Shown: positions 50,494 through 61,531, counted from the stretch's first letter. The stretch: DNA of 64,000 nucleotides from Carcharhinus amblyrhynchos (GCA_965287045.1 OZ336890.1:22630001-22694000); one strand, 5' to 3'. Translations and numbers: made by a program. Notes: generated from the sequence alone by a model not told the origin.

Positions 50494-50819
50494 GGACAGC
50501 ATGATGGAACAGCGGTTAACATTGCTGCCTCACTGCGCCGGGGACCCAGGTTCAGTTCCTGGCTTGGGTCACTCTCTGTGGAGTTTGCACATTCTCCCCG
50601 TGTCTGCATGGGTTTCCTCTGGGTGCTCCGGTTTCCTCCCATAGTCCAAAGATATGCGGGTCAGGTGGATTGACCATGCTAAATTGCCCTTTAGTGTCGG
50701 GGGACTAGCTAAGGTAAATAAGTGAGGTTGTGGGGATTGGACCTGGATGGGATTGTGGTTGGTGCAGTCCCAATGGGCCAAAGGCCGTCTTCTGCGCTAT
50801 AAGATTCTGTGATTCTATG
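50494..50819 (+). mobile_element. HE1-like V-SINE, type A tail
   Basis: Full head, V-domain and ATTCTGTGATTCTATG tail. Confidence 0.92.
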
Positions 50820-50954
50820 GAAGGTTGAGCTTAATAATGGCTCTCATCCTTTCTCATCTGTCTCATATTTGTCTGTGGATCCCACAGAAATCAAACAGGA
50901 GTTACCTTTCTGAGAGAGTGTACTGGGAATTTCCCACATTGCTTCCCTCAATGT

Positions 50955-51095
50955 GTGGGTCTTGGTAGCATTCACAGCCACAAATAGAATCAGAATTGGG
51001 TCGAGTGCACCTCCACTCTTTCAGTTCTGGGGTTTTGAGATCCTTGTCGAAGTGGCAGAAGGAGCATATGTGCAGGGTGAAGCGTAAAAGACAAA
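50955..51095 (+). repeat. Dispersed repeat; related copy at about 52945-53085
   Basis: Shared TAGCATTCACAG..AGA.TCAGAATTG..GTTCTGGGGTTTTGAGATCCTTG..AAGTGGCAGAAG.AG..TATGTGCAG. Confidence 0.75.
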
Positions 51096-51331
51096 AGAGG
51101 AGGCCGAGGTCCATGTGAATGACCGCTGAACATTCTGTACTGATTGAGTTTTATTGGATCTTACATGGCAAATGGATTTTGATGCGTATATTTGTACATC
51201 TTTTAGTGAGACTAACAATTTAAAGATATCACAGATGATGGTCATGAGAAGATTTTGTACGTTAATCTGTTCTGGTACTGTGCCTTTATATATAATAGTT
51301 ACAAAATTAAGGGTTTATGGGATTAAATTAA

Positions 51332-51470
51332 AGGATTAAGGGTTATGGGGAGAGGGCAGGAATGTGGAACTGAGCCACGACAGATCAGCCATGATCTTAT
51401 TGAATGGCGGGGCAGGCTCAAGGGGCTAGATGGCCTACTCCTGCTCCTATTTCTTATGTTCTTATGTTCT
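51332..51470 (+). mobile_element. Very short young CR1 3' end, (TTCTTATG)n subfamily
   Basis: GGATTAAGGGTTATGGGGAGAGGGCAGGAATGTGGAACTGAGCCACGACAGATCAGCC..TTCTTATGTTCTTATGTTCT, near-identical to about 60089-60222. Confidence 0.93.
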
Positions 51471-51845
51471 AAAATAAATTGGAGGAACTAAAAAAAACAG
51501 GTTATTTGACTCAATTAGCTTACGGAGGTGTTTTTGCTTCACATCCGTCTTTTCCCATTCTATTCTGTTAGCTTTTTCAGTGTAATTTTCCATTCTATCC
51601 CCTTTTCTCTCGTGTACCTATCCAGTTTCCTTTTGAAATCATCTAAGCTTTTTGCCTCAACCTGTAATAGAAGGATTCACATTCTAACCACTCTCTGAAC
51701 TGAGAAATTTCTCCTTGTTTCCCTTTTAGTACATACATAAATCTGAAGAGGAGGGTGAAGGCCGTAGAGGAGGGTGAATGATCTGGACAAATCAAGAAAA
51801 TTGAGTAAGGCAGTGATAGTGAGTTTAATCACAGTAATAGGATGT

Positions 51846-52126
51846 GAGCAGCACAGTGGTTAGTGCTGCTTTCTCACAGCACCAGGGACCCTGGTTCAAT
51901 TTCTGGCTTAGGTCATTGTCTGTGTGGAATTTGCATGTTCTCCCCATGTCTGCGTGGGTTTCCTCCGGTTCTCCGGTTTCCTTCCACACTATGAAAGACA
52001 TGCTGATTAAGTGTATTGACCCAAACAGGCACTGGAGAGTGGTGACTAGGGGAATTTCACAGTAACCTCATTGCAGCATTAATGTAAGCCTTATTTGTGA
52101 CTAATAGATAAATAAACTTTAACTTT
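51846..52126 (+). mobile_element. HE1-like V-SINE, type B tail
   Basis: Tail GGTGACTAGGGGAATTTCACAGTAACCTCATTGCAGCATTAATGTAAGCCTTATTTGTGACTAATAGATAAATAAACTTT. Confidence 0.9.
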
Positions 52127-54426
52127 AGAAACAGCCGCATTAGAGAAAAATGGTGCAAAGTTAAAATTAAAAGTGTTAAATCTGAATACACAAAACATCA
52201 ATTAATAGAATGGTGATAAATGGTATTGGCTGAGTAGCCATTATTGAGATATGGCTGCAGGGTGATGCAAGATTGGGAACTGAATAATGCAGGGTAAAGG
52301 ACTTTTAGAAAAAATAAACAAAATGGAAAAGGGGATGAAGGAGCCATAATAATGAATGAGGTAATGGCAATCAAGAAAAGGATCGTAACCAATAAAATCA
52401 GGATGTAGAATTAGTATTGACGAAGCAAAGAAATAACAAAAGGCATTAAACACTGATGAATAGTTTATAGACATTGTAACAGCAATCAGAGTGTTGGAAA
52501 GAATACCAATCAGGAAATTAGAGGAACATGTAACAAAGCCAATATGATAATCTTGGGAAACTTCTATCTTCATAAAGAGTAGGCAAATCAAATTGGCAAA
52601 AGTAGATTGAATGGAATACATTTGAGACAGCGTTCAAGGACAATGGTTGGGATTTTCCACTCCCATTTACACTGGGCAGGTTTAGCAACTGGACTGGAAA
52701 ATATTGCAAGAACTGTAAAGTTGTGTTTTATGTCGGCATAAACGCGTAACGCGGTTGTCCCCTGCCGTCAGCGACAGAACGTGTTTCTCAACGTTCAATT
52801 TTGGGAACATCATTAGAATAGAGTACAATATAATTATCAGGCCCCAATGCCAGAATCATTCTTTCCCCCCACCACCCTCAGAAAATCCATTCATTGCAGC
52901 ACAACAGCAGAATAGTACAAATCACAACTGGTCTTCCAAGGCCTTGATAGCATTCACAGGCACTAACAGAGTCAGAATTGAGCTGTACGAGCACTTTCTC
53001 CTTTTGGTTCTGGGGTTTTGAGATCCTTGAGAGCTAAGTGGCAGAAGAAGTGTATGTGCAGAGTACACCCAGTAAGCAGACGACCTAGGGGAGCTCAGAC
53101 AAGTTCAGTGCTCAGGGCATAACAGAGCTGTGCCTGGGCACGGCCTAGGTATACCCTAGCAACCCCAGCACTTCCAGGACACTACGAATGTCAGGGGCCA
53201 GTGCTCGGGCAGTGCCAGGAGGTCATCGAGCGTTTCCAGGACACATTAGCTTGCTCTCTCTTTGCTGGAAAAGCCGTTAAAAATAATGCCTTGATCCTCA
53301 GCTAAGTTGCTGGTGGGGTGGTCAAATCACAGCTATCCCGCCAGCGACACACTGTAGAACCTGTGACTTTACGGTTTTAAGTGCCACACTATAGTACAGA
53401 TAAAACCATCATTGCCATCAATGGCTTCAGTGACACTTTTTCCTCCTTCCTCAGGCCTCTGCTGATGTCTGGAAAAATATGTCAAGAAACCAACTAGGGA
53501 GCAGACTATTTTAGTTTTGGTTAATAACATATGGTAAATAATCTTATTGTAAAAGGTTCTCTGTGGAAGATTAATGATAATATATAATACAATTTCATAG
53601 TAAATTTGAGAATGATGTGGTTAAATAAAAACATTAGGGTCTTTACCCAAAGCCAGTTATGGAGATACAAAGATGGGTGACTTGGCTAATTTATTTGGGA
53701 AATTAGATTAAAAGTTGGGACTATGTAGCAATGGCAAATGTGGAAAGAAGAGGTTCATAATTCTAAACAAATGTATATTCACCTGAGGAATAAAAACTCA
53801 GATGGAAAACTGATAGAGATAGATAATAGATAAGTTAACTATTGGATTAAACAAGTAGGCTTGTAATGTTCCCAGAAGAGTGGCATGTCTGAGGATTGGA
53901 AGAGTCTTAAATCAGCATTGGGTGAGCAAGAAATTATAAAGAGGGAGAAACTAGAATATGCAGAAAAGAATTAGCAGAAATTAGGAAAGCAGATGGAAGT
54001 TTTTACAACTATATCAAAAGGAAAAGATTAGCAACAGTAAACATAGGTCCCTTATAGGCAAATATGGAAAATTTTTATTGGGAAATAAGGAAACAGCAGA
54101 AATTTTAAAACTGTTTCATAGGTAAATAAACAAAGAACATCTTGTAAATTGTGAGGAACCAAGGATCCAATGAGACCAATGAACTTTAATATTAATAAGG
54201 AAAAGGCACTCAACTGAAATGAACAAATTGCTGGAAATTATGACCCACACGGTAGGATTTTAAAAGATAATGCTGCAGAGATATTGGATGTATTAATTCT
54301 CATCTTCCAGAATGTTCTACATTCTAGAGCAGCCATCGTGGATTGGAAGACAGCAAATGTTACGCCACTTTTCAAAATAGGAAGGGAAAGGGAAAATGAA
54401 ATAGTCAGGAAAGTTCTAGAATTCAA

Positions 54427-54903
54427 AAGGCCGAGTATCCTTTAGCCAAAACCCTCAGGGCCAATTCCGTTAAGGTAGCCTACTTACATTTACAAAGGCC
54501 AAAGCAAAGGCTTTCTATAGTCGAAAGTGTCGCTGAATAATAAATACAGCAGTCCTGTCACAATTTCCTACCCACAATGCCATCTGCAATTTTGCCTGTA
54601 AGAGAGGATTCACAAAATAAAAGGTGCAGCCAAAAATTGCAAAGTAAACAGTGCAAACAGATAGACTTTGCTGTACTGGTCAGGCGCAGTCAATGATGTA
54701 CATGTCAGCTCAGGTCAGAGACTTCCCATGTTGAAGGTTGGTCACAGTCAGAGACTTCCCTTGTTAAAGGTCTCGTGCAGTTGTCAAGGTTGCTGTTGGC
54801 TCATAGCATAGGCTTTCAGTGCTAAAGGTAGATTGAGGATAAAAAATAGTGCAGTTTTTGGATGTCTTCAGTTTTTGGATTTGCAGATATAGGACACTAC
54901 CTG
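54427..54903. mobile_element. Tc1/mariner (Tigger/MER46-like) non-autonomous element inserted in CR1
   Basis: Left end AAGGCCGAGTATCCTTTAGCCAAAA and right end TTTTGGATTTGCAGATATAGGACACTACCTG followed by TA resemble decayed CAGGTTGAGTATCCCTTATCCGAAA inverted repeats. Host CR1 is continuous across the site. Confidence 0.55.
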
Positions 54904-55108
54904 TAAAAAGGATGTGGTAACAGGGTACTTGGAAAATCATTGTATGATTAGACATAGTTAATGCAATTTTATCAAAGTGAAGCTGTGTTTGACAATTTTA
55001 GTTTTTTTGAGGTTGTAACTAACAGTGTAAATAAGAGGAAAATTATTGAATGAAGTATGTTGGATTTTTGGAAGGCATTGATAACATGTCACCTAAGAAG
55101 TTGTTACA

Positions 55109-55378
55109 CATAGAATCATAGAATCCTACAGTGCAGAAGGAGGCCATTTGGCCCATCAAGTCTGCACCAACCAAATCCCACCCTGGCCCTATCCCCAAAT
55201 GCATTTACTCTAGCTAGCTCCCCTGACACTAAGGGGCAATTTAGCATGGCCAATCCGCTTAAACTGCACATCTTGGGAGGGTGGGAGGAAACCGGAGGAA
55301 ACCCACACAGACACGGGGAGAATGTGCAAACTCCACACAGATAGTATGTGGGTCCCTGGTGCTGTGAGGCAGCAGCGC
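55109..55378 (-). mobile_element. HE1-like V-SINE, type A tail
   Basis: Tail GGCCTCCTTCTGCACTGTAGGATTCTATGATTCTATG. Internal deletion in the head. Confidence 0.9.
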
Positions 55379-56215
55379 CCGTACACACAATGAAGGTTTA
55401 TGAGATTAGTGGTAATATTCACCACTCCTTTAACCATGTATTGTTGGCTTTACTAAATTATTTGTCTCAATGCCAATTTATGCATAACTCACATAGTAAT
55501 CCTGAGTTTTTTAATCTGAGGTGTCTTTTAATTTAGCTCCTGACATCTGTCATTCCCTTGGCAGGATCTCATACTCTGCAGAATATTTGACTTTCCCTTT
55601 TGTGAATAATGTCTGATACTCAAAGGCAGTGCCTTCAGCTGAAAAGTTGCTTCCTTGCTCTGACTTTGAAGAGACACCATTATTGACTTCATTGTTTGGC
55701 AAAGAAGATGACAAATTATGCAATAGCTCCTCGAGACATCCACAGCTTGTTTGGTTTCCCAAACTCCAGACTGTTCATCTGTATAGAACAGGTGACACTT
55801 TGTGACGGGGATATAATCTGTTGCTTCCATTGATCTGCCAGGAAACACAATTACTTTGTAAACCTGTGATGGGAAAATAAGACAGCAGTATCTACCCACT
55901 AGTAGTTTGTAAAGCACAATTCCAATCTCGAAAGGGCAGCAAGGTGAGAGGAAATGTCATTATTGACCATGCAGATATCCTGTGGTTGGTGGCTTTAGTG
56001 GAAGTCATCTCTATTTTCAAAATAGTGTCAATTTCCAATAGCTACTGAGCTTATTCTTCACTGTCACAACTTAATTGACAATATGTTGGGAGACACGAAA
56101 ATTTTTTAGATGACAAGAACAGGAATTCTTGTCATCTAAAGAAACTATCCCTAACATATATTTCTATAATTATTTTATTAGTTCAAGACATTTCAAATTG
56201 GAAATGTTTCTAAAT

Positions 56216-56546
56216 ATCACAAGAATCACAGAATCCCTACAGTGCAGAAGGAGGCCATTCAGCCCATTGAGGCTGTACCAACAAGAATCCACCCACACCA
56301 TATCCCGTAACCCAACATTTTTACCCTGCAAATCCCCCTGACACTAATGGGCAATTTACCATGGTCAATCTACCTAACCCTCACATCATTGGTGTGTGGG
56401 AGGAAACTGGAGCACTTGGAAGAAACCCACACAGACATGGGGAGAACGTGCAAACTCCATACAGGCAGTCACCCGAGGCTGGAATTGAACTAGGGTCCTT
56501 GGTGCTGAGAGGCAGCAGAGCCAACCACTGTGCCACCATGCCACCC
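56216..56546 (-). mobile_element. HE1-like V-SINE, type A tail
   Basis: GGGTGGCATGGTGGCACAGTGGTTGG head and GGCCTCCTTCTGCACTGTAGGGATTCTGTGATTCT tail. Confidence 0.9.
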
Positions 56547-57490
56547 CAATTGGTTGACGCAAGTAGCTTAGATGCTTTCAAAAGGGAACTGAACAAGTGC
56601 ATATGAGAAAAGGGGATTAAAAAGGAAAGAGAGACTGATTTCTTCACCCATCCCAGCTTCATGTGCCCTTTGCTGCAATGAAAACTGAGGAGCTTCAAAT
56701 AGACCTGGCAGCTGAAATTTTAGTGAAGACGTTGACCTGGACTTTCTCACTGGCAATGAAGGTAGCTGCTCTCAAGGATTCAACCATTTCTGTGGTGTTG
56801 ATGTAATCTGTCTCGACGTTTAATTTGACTCTGACACAACAATGGGGGACATCAGGTCCAGCATCATCAACATCATCAAGTAGCTCAGCAGCCAATCATA
56901 CTGAAGAATTCTCACAAACAGCAAGCCATGAAGCAGAATGCCCTTCACTTCTTAATCATTTTGCAGAGAGCAAAATAAAGTTTGGAACTTACACAAGGGA
57001 TTAAGGTAAAGTCTTAAGGTAGAACGTGAAATATCATAGGTTTAAATGAAAGGCTTTTTCTTAAACTTCAGGAATTGATATTATAATGAAGAAATTTGAC
57101 ACTGCACAAACACAAGGGGTCATGCAGTATTAGTAATGAACTTATTATTCCATTAAAAACACAGTAAAACCACATTCAAAAAGGGTGAAACTTTTTTTAC
57201 AGCTAGATTGGAGCACCAAGATAGAAATTCTGATCAATTCAAGTGATTTTAGAAGATTTCCAAATTGTGAGGACTTCAACAGTGTTCGCTGTAGAGGAGC
57301 AAGGATTTACTGTCAGAAACTCTGGATTTCTATGTTTATCCGTGCATTGGCAGATGCCAGAATTTGCTGTCAGTTTCACAGTTGTAATGACAACAAATGC
57401 TGACAATTTAGCTCGCATTACAACTGCAAAGTCCAGACATTTTATTACTTGTGTCACCATCTTGAAAAAAATCACAAATGAAAGGAGCCA

Positions 57491-57623
57491 GCCGGAATTC
57501 TCTGGCCACTCATGGCCTTTGCCTCCCCAAGTGAGCCCGGAGAATTTGGCAGTCGGCCTAATCGGCATTCACTGCGACAGGAGCAGAGAATCCCACCGGC
57601 ATGAATGGCTGGAAAATTCTGGC
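57491..57623. mobile_element. MITE with about 23-bp imperfect terminal inverted repeats
   Basis: GCCGGAATTCTCTGGCCACTCAT ... ATGAATGGCTGGAAAATTCTGGC. Confidence 0.75.
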
Positions 57624-57761
57624 CTGTCACATAGAAACCGGTCACCTTGGTTTTTCTTTTAAAATGGATGTGGGGTTGTGAAGCTTTATCCTGGCACTTC
57701 CCTTTTAAAAAAAAACAAATTATGATGAAAATGATCAAACCAGCATCAATAACTTCTAAAG

Positions 57762-57922
57762 AGCAAAGCAAATTACTGCGGATGCTAGAATCTGAAACCA
57801 AGAGAAAATGCTGGAAAATCTCAGCAGGTCTGACAGCATCTACAAGGAGAGAAAAAAGCTGATGTTTCAAGTCCAGATGACCCTTTGTCAAAGCTTTGAT
57901 TCGAAGCATCAACTCTTTTCAC
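57762..57922 (-). mobile_element. Penelope-derived terminal repeat with a decayed hammerhead-like motif and a partial inverted arm
   Basis: Minus strand reads AGCT-TTGACAA-A-GGGTC-ATCTG-GACTT-GAAACATC-AGCT...CAGATTCTAGCATCCGCAGTAATTTGC. A palindromic AAAGCTTT centre is followed by a short mirror arm. Confidence 0.7.
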
Positions 57923-58751
57923 TTTCGAAGCGAAAATTGAATTTCCAGTGTCAAAATATAATAATCTTTAACAAAAATATAATAATCTTAAACAAAAACT
58001 ATTACTTACTTAAAAGAGGCCAAAAACAAATATTTCATAAGTCTTATCAAGTGTAATAAGACACTCCATCACCATTATGGTTGAGTGCTTGATCCCATTC
58101 AGAGTTCCTGAATATAAATCCAAACTTGCAATTCTAATTTAATCAAAAGACGGGATTCATGAGAGCATCTCAACGCATCTGCAGTGGGCCTCCTGATTGT
58201 CCAACCTCCAGCGATACTAGGATTGTGAGAGCTGATTGACTGAAGAATGAAATAAGTTCATTGGAACTAAACAAAGATTTTGTAATTTATCTACTTGTAT
58301 GGTGAAAAGCTGCGCTGAGCATTGCTGGGTGGCTGGAGCAGTCTACAGAGCGCAAACAGTAAAAGGCAAGCTGCAACCATAATGAGGCCTGTTGCTGTCT
58401 TGCAGAGAATGGCAGGCAACACTCTGAGGACCACAACCTCAAAGTGGCCAAAGGCCAAGTGAAAGATAATGCAGTGCGGGAGGCGATGGCCTAGTGATAT
58501 TATCACTTTGGCAGAAATAATAGTAGGAGGGATTACTATTTAAAGGGCGAAAAGCTGCAGTATTCTACGGTGCAGAGGGACCTGAGGGTCCTTGTGCATG
58601 AGTCGCAAAAACCCAGTCTGCAGGTGCAGCAGGTGATCAAGCAGGTGAATGGGATGCTGGCCTTTATAGCGAGGGGGATAGAATATAAAAATAGGGAGGT
58701 CTTGTTGCAACTGTACAGGGCACTGGTGAGGCCGCAGCTGGAGTACTGTGT

Positions 58752-59957
58752 GAAGATTGGAAAACGGCTAATGTTACGCCGTTGTTTAAGAAGGGTGCCA
58801 GGCAAAAAGCGGGGAATTATAGGCCTGTTAGTTTAACGTCTGTTGTAGGTAAAATGTTAGAATCTGTCATCAAGGAGGAAATAGCGAGGCATCTTGAGGG
58901 GAACTGCTTGATAGAGCAGACACAGCACGGTTTCCTTAAAGGGAAGTCGTGTCTGACAAATTTATTGGAGTTCTATGAGGATGTGTCTAGGGCGGTGGAT
59001 AGAGGAGAGCCAGTGGATGTGGTCTTTCTGGATTTTCAGAAGGCGTTTGACAAGGTACCTCACAAGAGGTTATTACAGAAGGTCAGGGGGCATGGAGTTG
59101 GGGGTAGGGTGTTAGCGTGGATAGAGGACTGGTTGTCAAATAGGAGGCAGAGAGTGGGGGTCAATGGGTGCTATTCGGATTGGCGGATGGTGACTAGTGG
59201 AGTGCCCCAGGGGTCGGTGCTGGGGCCTCAGCTATTTACCATTTATATAGATGATCTGGAGGAGGGAACCGAGTGTAGGGTGTCGAAATTTGCTGATGAC
59301 ACCAAAATTGGTGGAAAGGCAAATTGTGCGGAGGGTGGGGAGAGTCTACAGAAGGATCTAGATAGGCTGGGCGAATGGGCCAGGAAATGGCAAATGGAAT
59401 TTAATGTTGGCAAGTGTGAGGTGGTCCACTTTGGTAGGAATAATGGTAGGAAGGATTATTACTTACGTGGAGAAAAACTGCAGCAGGCGACGGTGCAGAG
59501 GGACCTCGGGGTCCTTGTGCATGAGTCGCAAAAACCCAGCTTGCAGGTGCAGCAGGTGGTCAGGAAGGCGAATGGGATGCTGGCCTTCATCGCGAGGGGG
59601 ATTGAATATAAAAGTAGGGAGGTCTTGCTGCGGCTGTATAGGGCATTGGTGAGGCCGCAGCTGGAGTACTATGTGCAGTTTTGGGCGCCGTACTTACGCA
59701 AGGATATTTTGGCCTTGGAGGGAGTGCAGAGGAGGTTTACTAGGCTGTTGCCGGAGTTGAGGGGGTTGAGCTATGAGGAGAGGCTGAATAGATTAGGCTT
59801 GTACTCATTAGAGTTTAGAAGAATGAGGGGAGATCTCATTGAGACATATAAGATGATGAATGGGATGGATAGGATAGAGGTGGAGAGACTCTTCCCGCTC
59901 AGAAAGGATAGTAGGACTAGGGGGCATAGCCTCAAGATAAAGGGGGGGGCGGTTTAG
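58752..59957 (+). pseudogene. CR1 ORF2 reverse-transcriptase domain, 5'-truncated, stop-free for about 400 codons
   Basis: NYRPVSLTS, QHGFLKGKSCLTNL, LDFQKAFDKVPH, GVPQGSVLGPQLF and SKFADDT. No APE domain or start context. One extra G in the run at 59942-59949 (8 G versus 7 G at 45794-45800) shifts the C-terminus. Confidence 0.92.
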
Positions 59958-60220
59958 AACGGAGTTGAGGAGGAACTTCTTCACTCAAAGGGTGGTGAAT
60001 CTCTGGAATTCTCTGCCCGTTGAAGTGGTGGAGGCTGCCTCGCTAAATATTTTTAAGATGCAGGTTGATGGGCTTTTGATGAGAGAGGGGATTAAGGGTT
60101 ATGGGGAGAGGGCGGGAATGTGGAACTGAGCCACGACAGATCAGCCATGATCTTATTGAATGGCGGGGCAGGCTCGAAGGGCTAGTTGGCCTACTCCTGC
60201 TCCTATTTCTTATGTTCTTA
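58753..60220 (+). mobile_element. Inner young CR1, TSD TGTGTG
   Basis: Runs from EDWKTANVTPLFKKG to the (TTCTTATG)n tail. TGTGTG at 58747-58752 and 60221-60226. Confidence 0.93.
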
Positions 60221-61150
60221 TGTGTGCACTTTTGGTTGCCACACTTGTGCAAGGATATATTGGCCTTGGAGGGAGTGCAGAGGAGGTTCACTAGGCTGAT
60301 ACCGGAGATGAGGGGGTTGGACTATGAAGAGAGAATAAATAGACTGGGTCTGTACTCATTGGAGTTTAGAAGGATGAGGGGGGATTTTATAGAGACGTAT
60401 AAGATAATGAAAGGGATGGATAGGGTAGAGGTAGAGAGATTTTTCCTGCTTAGAAAGGATAGCAGGACTAGAGGGCACAGCCTCAAGATAAGCAGGGGGG
60501 GTGTGCAGTTTAGATCAGAGTTGAGGAGGAACTTCTTTACTCAAAGGGTGGTGAATCTCTGGAATTCTCTGCCCATTGAAGTGATGGAGGCTACCTTGCT
60601 AAATATATTTAAGACGCGGATAGATAGGTTTTTGATAGGCAAGGGAATTAAGGGTTATGGGGAGAAAGTGGGAAAATGGAACTGATCCACTTCAGATCAG
60701 CCATGATCTTATTGAATGGTGGAGCAGGCTCGAAGGGCTAGATGGCCTACTCCTCCTATTTCTTATGTTCTTATCACTAGACTATTAATCCAGAAACTCA
60801 GCTAATGTTCTGGGGACTAGGTTTGATTCCTGCCGTGAGAGATGGTGGAATTTGAATTCAATAAAAAAAATCTGGAATTAAGAATCTACTGACCATGAAC
60901 TCATTGTTGATTATCAGAAAAACCCATCTGACTTAAGTTGGACGCACTGATCCAATTAGCTCCTATCTTCAAAGCCTGTCTACCAGAAAACCACAAATAG
61001 TCTTGACTCCTAATGTACAAAGGAACAGATGTTTTTTATAAGTATTGTGACCAATTAAATTAAATAAGCAAAGAAACTTTCCTATAATTGAAAACAGAAA
61101 GTGCTAGAAATACTCAACACGTCAGGCAACAGCTGTGGAGAGAGGAACAG

Positions 61151-61187
61151 AGTTAACATTTCAGATTAATAACCTTTCATCAGAACT
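61151..61187 (-). ncRNA. Minimal type I hammerhead-ribozyme-like motif, Penelope-associated
   Basis: Minus-strand RNA: AGUU-CUGAUGA-A-AGGUU-AUU-AAUCU-GAAA-UGU-U-AACU. The CUGANGA and GAAA cores are intact, with a 5-bp stem II and a 4-bp stem I. Stem III is vestigial. Confidence 0.6.
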
Positions 61188-61531
61188 GGAAAACAATAAG
61201 AGATGTTACTGGTTTCAAGCAAGTACAGAGGGAGGGAAAGGCTAACAAGAAGGTCTGTGATCAGAAGGTAGGAGGAATTAAATGACAAAGGGGACAGCGT
61301 CGCAAACCAGAAGAAGATAGTGCTGGGATAAGTGAAGAACCTAGAGAATGAATCTAAAAGAGGTATAAATGGCAACACTGGAAGCATCACCGACAGCTGC
61401 TTTTTGGAAAAGCTATGGTTATGATCCAAAATTGTCAAATTAATTTGAATCCAGAAGGCTGCAAAGCACCTAAACAAAAAGTGAGATGCTGTTCCTCAAG
61501 TTTCATCGGAACAATGCAGCAGACCAAGACT

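Larger units (their letters stand above)
52157..55420 (+). mobile_element. Old, heavily fragmented CR1 ORF2 (APE to RT), interrupted by several younger insertions
   Basis: LKVLNLNTQNI (LNARSI-like), QDWELNNAG, DWKTANVTPLFK, KLCLT and LDFWKALI remnants in collinear order at about 52157-52640, 53462-54425, 54904-55108 and 55382-55420. Confidence 0.7.
58508..60770 (+). mobile_element. Outer CR1 (pieces 58508-58752 and 60221-60770), TSD TTATCACT
   Basis: The left piece ends LEYCV (GAGTACTGTGTG) and the right piece resumes CVHFWLPHL (TGTGTGCACTTTTGG). TSD at 58500-58507 and 60771-60778. Confidence 0.92.
58478..60930 (+). mobile_element. SacSINE1-like SINE split by a CR1 insertion (pieces 58478-58507 and 60771-60930)
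   Basis: GGGAGGCGATGGCCTAGTGATATTATCACT joins to AGACTATTAATCCAGAAACTCAGCTAATGTTCTGGGGACTAGGTTTGATTCC..GGTGGAATTTGAATTCAATAAAA. TTATCACT is duplicated. Confidence 0.8.

Noticed and set aside
55550-55863. Selenocysteine or readthrough at the single in-frame TGA of the overlapping minus frame
   Set aside because: No SECIS-like element is evident downstream, which is CR1/SINE sequence, and there is no selenoprotein resemblance.
8851-56546. tRNA-like sequences with A and B boxes
   Set aside because: They are SINE heads with no complete cloverleaf or acceptor stem, not tRNA genes.
57953-57997. Tandem duplication of about 21 bp (AAAATATAATAATCTT.AAC)
   Set aside because: An ordinary AT-rich slippage duplication.
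58508-60770. Tandem CR1 concatemer or assembly duplication
   Set aside because: The outer pieces are collinear across a TGTGTG duplication and differ in sequence from the inner copy, so nested insertion explains the structure better.
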